In this document: one piece after another, positions 55,301 through 64,000 of the stretch
Layout: every line of letters starts with the position of its first letter
Numbering within the stretch: position 1 is the first letter of the stretch
Origin: Podarcis gaigeae
Lineage: Eukaryota
NCBI GenBank assembly: GCA_964106915.2
Contig: OZ066915.1
Direction: 5' to 3' (one strand)
Length of the DNA stretch: 64,000 nt
Translations under genes and position numbers: made by a program
The notes under the pieces: model-generated
What the model saw: only the letters and a program-made list of their open reading frames with translations
The model's database searches: none
What the model was told of the DNA's origin: nothing

Positions 55301-58300
55301 GAACGTGCGACATAATTGCCACATTTCAAGCTTTAAAGATTCTATCATTTCAATGTAAATCAACCTCTTTCTCCACAATTTTAAATACTGTATGTAGTAA
55401 TATGTTCTCTATTTCTCCATATCTTCTAAGAGTATATATAGCTTGAAAAATATGTTTTTAACAGCAATCCTGGCACAATGCAATTTCAAGTTGAATGGAG
55501 CTTTAATGATGCAAATGTTTTTAAAAGACCCATAACAAAATAACATACCATATTTTTCACTCTATATTTTATAAATTCTACAACTTCCCCACAGCAAAGC
55601 GAGGAAAATAGATTTTTTACTACTAGGAACTGCTCATACCTAAATAAAAGTTTTATGTAACTTCCTGCTCATTATTAATATACCATGTTAGTTCTAGTAA
55701 AAACACACACACAAACATAGCGCTGTGGCTTAAACCACACAGCCTAGGACCTGCCGATCAGAAGGTCGGCAGTTAGAATCCCTGCGATGGGGTGAGCTCC
55801 CGTTGCTCGGTCCCTGCTCCTGCCAACCTAGCAGTTCGAAAGCACGTCAAAGTACAAGTAGATAAATAGGTACTGCTCTGGCGGGAAGGTAAATGGCGTT
55901 TCCATGCGCTGCTCTGGTTCGCCAGAAGTGGCTTAGTCCTGCTGGCCACATGACCCGGAAGCTGTACGCCGGCTCCCTTGGCCAATAAAGCGAGATGAGC
56001 GCTGCAACCCCAGAGTTGGCCACGACTGGACCTAATGGTCAGGGGCCCCTTTACCTTTTAAGTGGCTATTGGCAAGGAAGAAAACTGATGTGTATGTTAC
56101 ACCAAAACACTCAGACTCAGAGCAGAATCCAATTAAATACCAATGTGTACAAGTAATGAGCTTTTGTAATTGCAAAAGTGGTTCTGTGCAATTCCAATTG
56201 CACTCTGTAAAGTGTGGGAGCATGAGAAGACTCTGTGCTAGATAAGAGCACAGGTCCTTCATGAGTCAAGGATGTTAAACTCCCAGCTATTAACATTAAT
56301 GTTTGTGTAGGTTGCTCTAGTCGAAAGCTTGCTTGATAAAGTTAAGCAGCTTAGCTTAGCAAAATGACAGAAGTAGCCTTAATAACCTCTTAACCTTTCT
56401 GCATGGCACAAAGCTGCTTCTCGTTGCTTTCCACATCAGAAGATGCGGAGCCCATCACCCTACTGAGTCTCTCTTATTTAATGGGTATAATCATCCTCCC
56501 TCCCACATGACAATAACATGTCTAGATCAACCTGACAAACAGTTTGCAGATCCTATGTTTTCAATGACTGCAGAGATGCCTATCAGGTAGTCTTTGGCTC
56601 TTTCAGTGGGTGGACTTGAAGTTTCCATCAAGTCTGTACCTAGAATGGATTGTGATCTTGCTTTTTGGCTATTTTGTAAACTCTACAAATTGAGGCAAAT
56701 AATGTAGAGCAAGGTGAAAATGAATTTGACCCTTTGGATAGTAGAAATACAGGTATGTGTTTTAAATATATATACATTTATATGTTGCCCTCTCTCCAGA
56801 TGTTTTGGGTGACATGCATGGGCCTCCTCCAACCTTTAACCCCTCAGTGACCCTGTGAGGGAGGCTGGGCGGAGAGACAGTGACTAGCCCAAGGTGCACA
56901 TATTTCTGTGATGCATATAAGCATGGCTGCAGCTACAGTTTTCAGACAAAAGCTTCTCTCTCTTGTCCCAGTATTTCATGCAGGGTTCTGAGGTCTGGTA
57001 CATATTCCAGTGGGGCAGCTACTATACAGATGAATTGCTATACAGGTGAAATTTCATCTTTGTAAAATCAAGTGCTTGACTGATAAAATAAGTAATTTAT
57101 TTGGATGTCTAATCAAGTCCCTAAGATGAAAGAAGAATAGAAATAAACTGTAAAGTAGAAATAAAGCATCACTTTTTAACTCCAACGAGCAAAATTAAGC
57201 CCACTTTCAAAGGTTTTGTAGGGCTGCAAAGAGAATTTCAGACTGGGGCTTTTATGCTCCTCATTATAGAAAGGGAACTTCATAATTGTGTTGTAGGACA
57301 GCCACAGTTCAGCAGCGTGCCTCCCAGGCTTTATAAGGCAGCCAAGTATACTAAATACGACATATGGTATAAGGAAGAGCAAGAGAGAGAAAAGGGAGAC
57401 AGCTGAAGACACAAGCTCACAGGAGCTCTGAGCAGTAATTCAATACCGTTAATTCTTCATCAACCAACTGTTCTCATTTCCCACTGACAGGGTTGAAGGG
57501 AGGAGTCGCAATTACAAACTTGCAAGCAAAAAAAGGGGGGGGGGATTTTATTCTCATTATATCAGAACAATGCTGCCTGGGGAGGGCACCTTTATTTTAA
57601 ATTAAGTCATTGAATGCACCAAACAGGTTTCAGATGTGGTTTCAATTTCCCCCCTTTTTGAGTCACAAAGAAGAAACTACATACAAAGTCTTCAAAAAGC
57701 AAAAATAAAGGCCAATACACTCGGAAATTTCACAATGAGAGGCAACGGCGTCTCTTCAATTCAGTCATATAAATGGCTTTTTCAGCCAGAAACAGAGTTT
57801 TGCTTTCTTTTGTTGTACTTGCAGGGGACCAAAAGACATCCCAGCTGCTGCTCAAGTTCATTGTTTTTATTTCAATTTCTGGGGGAGGGGGGCACAGCAG
57901 ATCCTGAAAGGGCCTGAGTTTTGAAAAGCATATTCTTTCCCTTCCACAGAAACAGGGGTTAAAAGAGGGAGCAGAACCATTCTTCCTAAGAAAACAGTCT
58001 GCTTCGAAACGGACTGGTTCTACTGCCAGCATGCCACTTGGCTATGGAACAAAAGCCATCCGTTCCTGCATCTGTCTCCTCTCACTCATGCCTGGTCTGC
58101 CAACCGTGCCCACTAAAAAGGCAACAGGTCCTCTTCTTCTCTGCATCCCCAGCCCTCAGCTTCCTCATTCAATTCCAAACATTTTACATTTGGAAATCCC
58201 ACTGACTGCCCACTTGAGACTTATTCAGCATCACAGCTCTTGAAATGCATGCACCCTAGGTTTCCTATACATTTGCATACCACAGTGCACAAAGTGGAAT

Positions 58301-59597
58301 AAATTCATGGGATACAGATTTTTAACTCCCATCAAATCAGACACAGATGTTTCATGTCAACATTTTAAATGCGCAGCTCTTTCCACCGAAAGAGCAGCTT
58401 CACCTTACACACCAGTTCAGACCACGGGTGCCTTTTCCGCCCTGCACTGCCTATTGTGAGCAGCAGAAGGATCTTTCCTTGCCCTGCAAACCCCTAAGTT
58501 TTAACTGGAAATGGTGGGGACAGAACATGGGAGAGAGAGAGAAGCCACATGCATGCAAAGAGCTTCTCTACTATTGTGCTATGGCCACTCCCCCTTTCTG
58601 ACGCTGTTGTCCTATGCCCACTTTAAGCACCAGGTAAGTGTGCAATAATACATCAGGCTGCACACGCATTTTTTTCTTTTTTTTGCCATTTCCTTGTCTG
58701 ACCAAAAAGGGATTGCCTCTGAGCACCTCATAGCCCCACCTTCATTCATTACAGGGTCCTCCTCCCCAGAACCATAAGCTGCAGAGAATCGAAATGTCGC
58801 TATGAATCATTAGGCTCAAATCCTTACCATGAAATAAGATTCGAATTTTGAGCTGAGGGGGGATCATTACTGAAACAGATATTCTTTTTAAGAGAAATCA
58901 AGAGGGAAATGGGGAATCCGCAGAAACAAGTTCTCCTCTCCTAAGCCCCCATATCTTCACTTAAAACCTCCCCTACTTAATTCAGCAATACCACCCGGAT
59001 TTGACAGCTCGCCACAATCAGAGCGGAGGATGGACCGGTATGTCAGAAGTATCTTGTCCTCCGGCAGCCGCAGCAGCAGAAAACAGGGAGTGACAGAAAG
59101 CAGCACGTGCAGGAAGGGAGGGGAGGGGGCGAGGTAGAGAAAGAAAAAGAGAGAAGAGACATAGAAACTGCCATTGCTGTTTGCACTAACAAAAGAGAGC
59201 TGCAAAAGCAGCCGGGGCAATGGGACCAGGGCACACACAGATAAGCTGCTTCCCAGGAGGTGGGGCAGTTTCCCTGCTCGCTCGCTCTCACACACACGCC
59301 CCCCCAAAGGCAAAAGAAGGTGCCGGGGGACAGCGAGCTCGCCCCCGCCTTTCCCCCAGAAGACACGCGGGAGCAGGTCCCCACCGACGCCCGAGCGGAG
59401 GAGGTCATCCTTGTCTAACGGCTCCGTGAGAAAGCTCTCCTCCGAAGACGCGCGAGGAAACCCGAAGCCCGCCCGCGCGTCTCCGGCTCCGCGACCTCGG
59501 CAGGGATTGTCGGAGGCAGCGGCAACCGCCCTTCGACGTCCCCCCCCCCCCGGCAGCCGCGCTTACCTGCCAGGGTCTTGTGCACCGTGTTGCCCAT
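13061..59597 (-). CDS. NEURL1B: NEURL1B, neuralized E3 ubiquitin protein ligase 1B; spliced CDS join(59597..59567,22011..21451,17816..17109,15508..15383,13305..13061), 1671 nt, 556 aa
   Basis: Five exons with canonical GT-AG junctions, all phase 1, join into one frame (31+561+708+126+245=1671 nt). The product begins [11 protein letters not shown], carries two NHR domains and ends in a C3HC4 RING followed by KIYRP*. These termini match my recollection of NEURL1B rather than NEURL1. Confidence 0.96.
14676..14835 (+). mobile_element. tRNA-derived SINE, Squam3-like (partial)
   Basis: GGGAGCCAGCATGGTGTAGTGGTTAAGAGC (A box)...GGGTTCGCTTCCCC (B box)...GGGTGACCTGGGGCTAGTCACA; family name from recall. 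Confidence 0.7.
14933..15071 (-). mobile_element. SINE with tRNA-Lys-like head and CR1-type 3' tail
   Basis: Minus strand reads GGGATGGCTCAGTTGGTAGAGCATGGGACT...GAGCCCCACAT..., then GGGGGTTGGACTAAATGAT...GGTCCCTTCTAACTCTACAATTCT (CR1-like 3' end). Confidence 0.7.
15383..15508 (-). CDS. NEURL1B: NEURL1B coding exon 4 (126 nt), Ser/Pro-rich linker
   Basis: Acceptor GTATTTTCAG|GC and donor CTAG|GTAAGG. Encodes [42 protein letters not shown]. Confidence 0.93.
16592..16824. mobile_element. Tc1/mariner (Tigger-like) MITE
   Basis: Imperfect TIRs CAGTGGTACATCTAGTTACGAAC / GTTTGTAACTCGAGGTACCACTG, flanked by TA on both sides. Confidence 0.85.
17109..17816 (-). CDS. NEURL1B: NEURL1B coding exon 3 (708 nt), linker plus NHR2 domain
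   Basis: Acceptor CCTCACAG|AC and donor TTAG|GTAAGT. Encodes [14 protein letters not shown]...[14 protein letters not shown]...[13 protein letters not shown]...[10 protein letters not shown]...[11 protein letters not shown]. Confidence 0.96.
21120..21290 (-). mobile_element. MIR-like / CORE SINE remnant (similar remnant at ~56770-56900)
   Basis: CCCTCACAGCAAGCCTGTGAGGTAGG core, GGGATTTGAACCC (reverse B box) and a TTTATTTATT tail. Confidence 0.55.
21451..22011 (-). CDS. NEURL1B: NEURL1B coding exon 2 (561 nt), NHR1 domain
   Basis: Acceptor TATTTGCAG|AC and donor CTAG|GTAGGT. Encodes [13 protein letters not shown]...[13 protein letters not shown]...[14 protein letters not shown]...[21 protein letters not shown]...[11 protein letters not shown], typical of an NHR domain. 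Confidence 0.97.
22358..23117 (+). mobile_element. Solo-LTR-like retroelement, copy B (760 bp), carrying a 200-aa ORF (22389-22991)
   Basis: Ends TGTCAGG...TCTGACA; perfect 5-bp TSD TTAGC (22353-22357 / 23118-23122); AATAAA at 23044-23049; located in NEURL1B intron 1, antisense to the gene. Confidence 0.85.
22389..22991 (+). CDS. Putative LTR-encoded Ser/Gly/Glu-rich protein with C-terminal Arg-rich motif (copy B)
   Basis: 200-aa ORF in a frame open from the element's 5' end; ends [34 protein letters not shown]. Confidence 0.5.
   Translation: MEQMESEEEESEGGVGSDSGQRDSTSLSSESEDSQKGAPMARARGVPRGKPQKEGASGDSLSSSWKSGPASPPERSGGEESQASGPVFSPPERGDESGLTTPPSESGETVKRKVTGWARAPSSNVQASGTAGSPDREPGPKARRKEGQDSGGSASEESRKEETPGGRRTQRRKEQRRRWSRARILNWCGRDSDSEGTSPI
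23258..23509. mobile_element. hAT-family MITE
   Basis: TIRs CATGGGTAGGCAAACT / AGTTTGCTGACCCCTG with perfect 8-bp TSD ATCTAAAA (23250-23257 / 23510-23517). Confidence 0.88.
24891..25133. mobile_element. MITE, possibly PIF/Harbinger-type
   Basis: Inverted ends TTCACACCATACATTTAAAGCA / TGCTTTAAATGTGTGGTATGAA, flanked by TAA on both sides. Confidence 0.6.
26609..26835. mobile_element. Old Tc1/mariner-type MITE
   Basis: TA-CAGCAAAC... / ...GCTTACTG-TA degenerate inverted termini. Confidence 0.45.
26929..26970. repeat. (GT)21 microsatellite
   Basis: Read directly from the sequence. Confidence 0.97.
27073..27124. repeat. (AGAT)13 microsatellite
   Basis: Read directly from the sequence. Confidence 0.97.
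30582..30937. mobile_element. Tc1/mariner (Tigger-like) MITE, CpG-rich and probably young
   Basis: TIRs CAGTGGTGCCTCGCTAGACGAA / TTCGTCTTGCGGGGCACCACTG with TA TSD; internal repeats of TTCGTCT(T/A)GC and AAGCGGCTT. Confidence 0.88.
31311..31371. repeat. G14 run followed by (AG)~23 microsatellite
   Basis: Read directly from the sequence. Confidence 0.95.
33080..33331. mobile_element. Older hAT-family MITE
   Basis: TIRs CATGGGTCACCAAC / GTTGGCACCCCCTG with near-matching 8-bp flanks CTCTAAGA / CTCTACAA. Confidence 0.65.
37975..38530. mobile_element. Penelope-like element terminal fragments (two degenerate pieces; a further trace at ~3240-3360)
   Basis: GTCTTGTTGCACCTTGAAGGCTAACAAATT...ATAAGCTTTCATGGACTAGAGCC.ACTTCACCAGATGC and AAAGCTTATGCCATAATAA, resembling reptile Penelope termini (recall). 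Confidence 0.55.
44157..44270 (+). mobile_element. CR1 LINE ORF2 3' fragment
   Basis: Translates with a frameshift to [12 protein letters not shown]...[14 protein letters not shown], typical of the CR1 C-terminal region. Confidence 0.6.
47020..48240 (-). mobile_element. Degenerate L2-clade LINE fragment (RT region)
   Basis: Minus-strand peptides [15 protein letters not shown] (YADD RT motif) and [24 protein letters not shown]; many disruptions; boundaries approximate. Confidence 0.75.
55719..56058 (+). mobile_element. Sauria SINE (slightly 5'-truncated)
   Basis: GCTGTGGCTTAAACCAC...GCCGATCAGAAGGTCGGC...CCAACCTAGCAGTTCGAAAGCAC...GTAGATAAATAGGTAC...GGCCACATGACCCGGAAG...CCCTTTACCTTT, matching the Sauria SINE body and its ACCTTT tail. 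Confidence 0.9.
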
Positions 59598-60570
59598 CAC
59601 TGCTTCATGCACTCACGCCACGCGGAGGGGCTGCTCGGCGGGGCAAGGCGCTCTCGGAGCCCGGAGCTGCGCGGCGGCGCTCCGAGGGGCCATTGACCGG
59701 GGCGGAGAGGGAGGGGGGCCGCCGCCAGCTCCGCTGGCTCGGCTGGGGCTCGCGAGTCTCCCCTGCGCTTAACCCCGAACCAGGCACTGAAGCAGCCCCG
59801 GCGAGTCAGCAGCGCCCCCAGCTCCCCGCGGCCGGGGCCGCCTCCGGAGGGTTGGCCGAGGGCTCGGAGCCCAGCCCTCGTCTCCGCCCAGCCGGGGCGG
59901 AGCCCGCCATGCACGCATTGTTTGAAAGTTGGCAGCAGCCAGCCAGCCGGCCGGCCTGCCCAGCCTACGTAAAGCGGGATTGAGGGCGGGGGCGGCGACG
60001 CTGGAGGGAGGCAGGCAGCGGGGGCGCCTGTGCCGTCACAATGCGCGCGGCGGCAGCGGGTCCGGGCAGAGGAGCATGCCCACGAGTGGCCCTCTAAAGC
60101 GGGCTGGGGCCGTGCTTGCGGGTAGGGGCAGCCCGCTTCAAAGCAAGTGAAAAGGAGAATTGCACCCCCCCCCCCAAAGTACGGATATATGTATGTGGGA
60201 GGCAGGTGGAAGGCGTCCAGGGGGAGAGGCAGTGCACTGTGAATGGCTTCGAAGCCAAAGGCAATGGTAGAATGGCTGAGAGCTGGAATGTGCTCAGAGG
60301 TCACCCAGCCCACCCGCATCCCTGAGGCTGGATCAGCGTCAACAGCCCACTTTGTACATTTCGACTACACCTCCTTACCGAAGCTCGTGGCTAGGACGCC
60401 AGCTTTAGGGCGCTTCTACAACGCGCTGCAACCCTCCATCCCGCCAGCGTAGGTGTACTCTTTAAGCACACCTGAGCCTTCGCCCCGCTAAATGCTACCC
60501 ACGTGGTCCTTGCTAACCTTGTGATCCCCCGCGCCCTACTGCATGCGATATACAAACAACGCGTCGACGT
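59280..60570. promoter_or_regulatory. CpG island / promoter and first exon of NEURL1B
   Basis: Sharp rise in GC and CpG content against a CpG-depleted background; GC boxes (GGGCGG at ~59895 and ~59983-59994); overlaps the ATG-containing exon. Confidence 0.9.
59567..59597 (-). CDS. NEURL1B: NEURL1B coding exon 1 (31 nt, [10 protein letters not shown]+G)
   Basis: ATG at 59597 in a strong Kozak context (GCAGTGATGG) inside a CpG island; donor GCAG|GTAAGC. Confidence 0.93.
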
Positions 60571-61009
60571 CTGCAGGAGAGAATCCGCTTTGCAATTCTG
60601 CAACACAATTCTGGCTGTGGTTGCCAGAAGCTCAGAATGGTTGGTGACAGGTGGATCCCACTTGCTTCATCGTTGACCACAACTGTACATCAGGTGTGGA
60701 TGCACCACAGATTTTGTATTAGGGCATTACAATATTGGCAGTTTGATTTCAGATCCCTTTCTTAATTATTCCCAACTTGGAATTTTCTTGCTGCACACTG
60801 TGTCAGCATATCCACCAACCTACAGCTCACCAGAGCACCAAGGTCTTTTTCCTGGTCAATGCCACCAGCTCAGACCTTCCCCAAAATGTATTTTTGGGGG
60901 GTTGGTATTGTGCATCCCTTTACAATACTTGCATATCAAAACCCATTTGCTTTTTTAATGCTCATCCTCTCAGTTTGGAATTGAAATTATGTTAAGGAAT
61001 TGGAATCCT

Positions 61010-61170
61010 TAAGAACATAACTAGTCCTGCTGGATCAGCCCTATATCCACCTAGTCTGGCATCCTATTCTCACAGTGGCCAACCAGATGCCTATGGGAGG
61101 AATAGAATCATAGAATTGTAGAGTTGCAAGGGACCCCAGGGTCATCTAGTCTGACCCCCCTGCAATGCAG
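61010..61170 (-). mobile_element. Two adjacent CR1-type 3' tails (a related tail lies at ~39300-39447 on +)
   Basis: TAAGAACATAA...CTGCTGGATCAG...CTAGTCTGGCATCCTATTCTCACAGTGGCCAACCAGATGCC, then ATAGAATCATAGAATTGTAGAGTTG.AAGGGACC. Confidence 0.6.
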
Positions 61171-62413
61171 CTACCTTTGTAAAACCATTAGTATACAAGC
61201 ATAGCAAGAACAGTTTTCTTCAGTGGAACTAAGTATGAAGAATACAAAAGGGGTAGAATTTAAGAAAGGCTGAAAGCTGATAGAAGTTTCCTGCTCCCTG
61301 TTAGGCAGCTGGGTGATGATTTGAAAGGCTGAACATTATGTAAGCTACACAACCATTAGGTAAAATAATGGCTTCTAATTCCAGAAAATCAAATGTATCT
61401 ACTGTGACCATTAAAATATACTCTGGGAAGTCATTTTATTCAGCTGCCTCAGATTATACAACAGATCTTACTACTTTAGTCTTCTTCTAAAAATGTGACA
61501 AAATATCTAGGCATATGTAGAGTCTCCCAAACCTTACAGGTTGTTTTTTTTTTTTACTGCAATAGTTAACACCACAGTGGCCTGTGTGTTTCTATGAGCC
61601 TGCTGCTTCCTTTATTCAGTCAAGGGTAATTTTGCCCCTCTATTATTCTCTTGAGTCATTCCTAGTAAGGTCAATTTCAAGGATGTTTACTCCTGAAATG
61701 TGAGTTTCTTAGGAGTTCATTGTGAAATGATTCTCCTGTTTTGTATAAGCACACACTTAGCTGCCATTTTCAAGCATTCTTACTTCATGGAGCTGCTTGA
61801 TGCCTAGTTTCAGGCTGTCCTAATGTGCTCCAAGCTCTGCGACCCATCCATAAGGCTGACTGCAACACAATTATAATACAAGTACAATATTTTTTGTGAA
61901 TTTATACTGCACTCAAGATGGGGCTATTCTGTGCATATTATTCTCATAGACAAAAACCTTGATGTATAGGATCACAGGTTGAAAGTTGCCTTTTGTGCTC
62001 TCTTTATACAACCACCACCACCACCCCTTAAACACCATAGGTTTATTAAATTATAAGCTTAGGTGGTACCCCAGTATTATGCATACACATCAGTGATAGT
62101 CATATGGACGGGCACCTCCTCCAGACTCATCTCCAAGGATCTTTTGGCTGTTTATTTAGCTAGCCATTCATATGGGCATTCAAAAGAGAGAGAGAGAAAA
62201 CTACCTAGGGAAAATAAACCCAACCCTGTTACTTTGGTCTGTTGTATAATGTGTATCAGGTTCCTATGTATGTTTACTCAGAAGTCCTGCTTCATTCAGC
62301 AGGGCTTATTATAAGATGTGTGTGCATAGGTCTGCAGGTTTGTAGCACAATTCTGTGCTTGCTTCCTTGGAGCTTAAGTCTATTTTGTTCAATTGAGATC
62401 TGAATGCAGCCCT

Positions 62414-62633
62414 GTATCTCAGGTTACAGACGCTTCAGGATACAGACTCCGCTAACCCAGAAATAATACCTCGGGTTAAGAACTTTGCTTCAGGATGAGA
62501 ACAGAAATCGCGCGGCCGCCGCGGCGCAACAGCATTGGGAGGCCCCCATTAGCTAAAGTGGTACCTTAAGAACAGTTTAAGGTTAAGAACAGACCTCCAG
62601 AACGAATTAAGTGCTTAACCTGAGGTACCACTG
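62414..62633. mobile_element. Tc1/mariner MITE of the same family as 16592-16824, opposite orientation, one end damaged
   Basis: Ends ...GAACGAATTAAGTGCTTAACCTGAGGTACCACTG-TA; internal sequence resembles the reverse complement of the 16592 element. Confidence 0.75.
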
Positions 62634-62659
62634 TATAGAGAAGTTTTAAATAGTTTTAG

Positions 62660-62758
62660 TGTGTTTTTAATATCTTGTTGGGAGGTGCCCAGAGTGGCTG
62701 GGGCAACCCAGTCAGATGGGTAGCATATAAATAAAAATTATTATTATTATTATTATTA
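62660..62758 (+). mobile_element. L2-type LINE 3' end with (TAT)n tail
   Basis: GCCCAGAGTGGCTGGGGCAACCCAGTCAGATGGG...ATAAATAAAA followed by (TAT)n, resembling a common lacertid LINE terminus. Confidence 0.6.
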
Positions 62759-64000
62759 CTCCTGTTCGTTGTAAAAGTAAAGCCTTTTTTGCAACTGTTG
62801 CACAGTATAAAGAAAGTGCCTTCTGCTTTTCCTTATGGCTTGGTCTATTGTATCTGAGGACACACTTGCTATAATTATCTATAATTAGGGTGGCTTCAGA
62901 ATTCATTTTAGATGATGGAGATACTTGTTTTATGTTGTTATCAGCTGATATTAGATACCAGATAACATGCTACAACATGTGCACACTAAAATTAGCCCAA
63001 CCAGGTACTAATCAAGGTGCTTTTGGGGGCGTTGATCTTTGACTGATCCCACACAATGTCATACATGGACATTTGCATCACACCATGTTATCTAATAACA
63101 CATGTACCAAATAACGTGATTTAATCTAACTGGTCCGGGTGATGGCTTATTAAATAATTACATCACTGTATGCAAAATCTGCCACAGCAAAAGCACCTCA
63201 TTAACATGTCCATGAGTGTACAATATATTACGGCATATTCTGATTGGTAGGTTTTTTTTCCCTGACACAGGTTGAACAATTTTTAAAAGAGATAGAACAC
63301 TGATTTGTAAGAACGTGGCCAAACTTGGTTCCTTACATTGGACTTTGTCAAGGGAAGAAAAACAGAATGAAAGAATATGACCTACCAGTGACACAAAGGT
63401 GATCAACAGCCTCCAGAAAATGCAAGGGAAGGTGATGGCATACCAAGTATAGTATTCAGCAGAGATACAAAACCAAAAGATCTACTATGAAACTAATTAT
63501 ACTAATTAAAAGAGACTTTAACCAATCAAGACACATGTAGGCCATTTGCTCACCAAGGCAAATGCTAAACCTGCCCAATTTAAAAAAATAATCAAGGATG
63601 AGCTTGCTGAAATACAACATGCCCTTTTGAGAAAGAAAGTGTGTGCATACATTAGGGTGGACAGAGGGGGAAATGCCCCTTTTTGGAGAGCAAAAGGCGG
63701 GGGGCTGCTTTCCAGAAGGGAAATCCCCCTTCCTCTAATTCACATTTCTGAGGGAAGTGGGGCAGATATAATTATATGGCTTTAAAAGGCATTAGAGTAC
63801 AGGAGGGTTGTGGTCGTGTGCAGCTGGATTACCATGTTCTAAAAAGCAACTTGCTTTTTTGCTTTCCAAAGGAACAGTAGCACAAAGACTTGCTCCCACA
63901 CAAGTCCCATTTATTTCAATGAAGCTTTCAAGGAAGTGCCACACACCTTACATTTCCACTTTGTATTTTTCATCTAGGGGCATACATCAGTGGAGGAGTT

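Noticed and set aside
59174-60319. Long ORFs over the promoter (269 aa on +, 240 aa on -)
   Set aside because: Low-complexity Pro/Arg/Ala/Gly translations typical of stop-poor CpG islands, with no recognisable domain.

Overview
This is vertebrate genomic DNA, not prokaryotic. The Sauria-type SINE, Squam3-like SINE and L2/CR1/Penelope fragments point to a squamate, probably a lacertid lizard. The window holds one complete protein-coding gene on the minus strand, NEURL1B (neuralized E3 ubiquitin ligase 1B: NHR1-NHR2-RING). It has five coding exons (59597-59567, 22011-21451, 17816-17109, 15508-15383, 13305-13061; 1671 nt, 556 aa), a 37.5-kb first intron, a CpG-island promoter with two candidate uORFs, and a ~4.4-kb 3' UTR. 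The rest is intronic or intergenic DNA with many transposon remnants. The standout observation is a pair of independently inserted 760-bp solo-LTR-like elements (6500-7259 minus, 22358-23117 plus; TG...CA ends, different perfect 5-bp TSDs). Each is largely filled by an intact ~195-200 aa ORF. By hand count the two ORFs differ by more synonymous than non-synonymous changes, have no indels or internal stops, and end in a Rev/Rex-like arginine-rich motif. This suggests a retroelement family that encodes a selected accessory protein inside its LTR.
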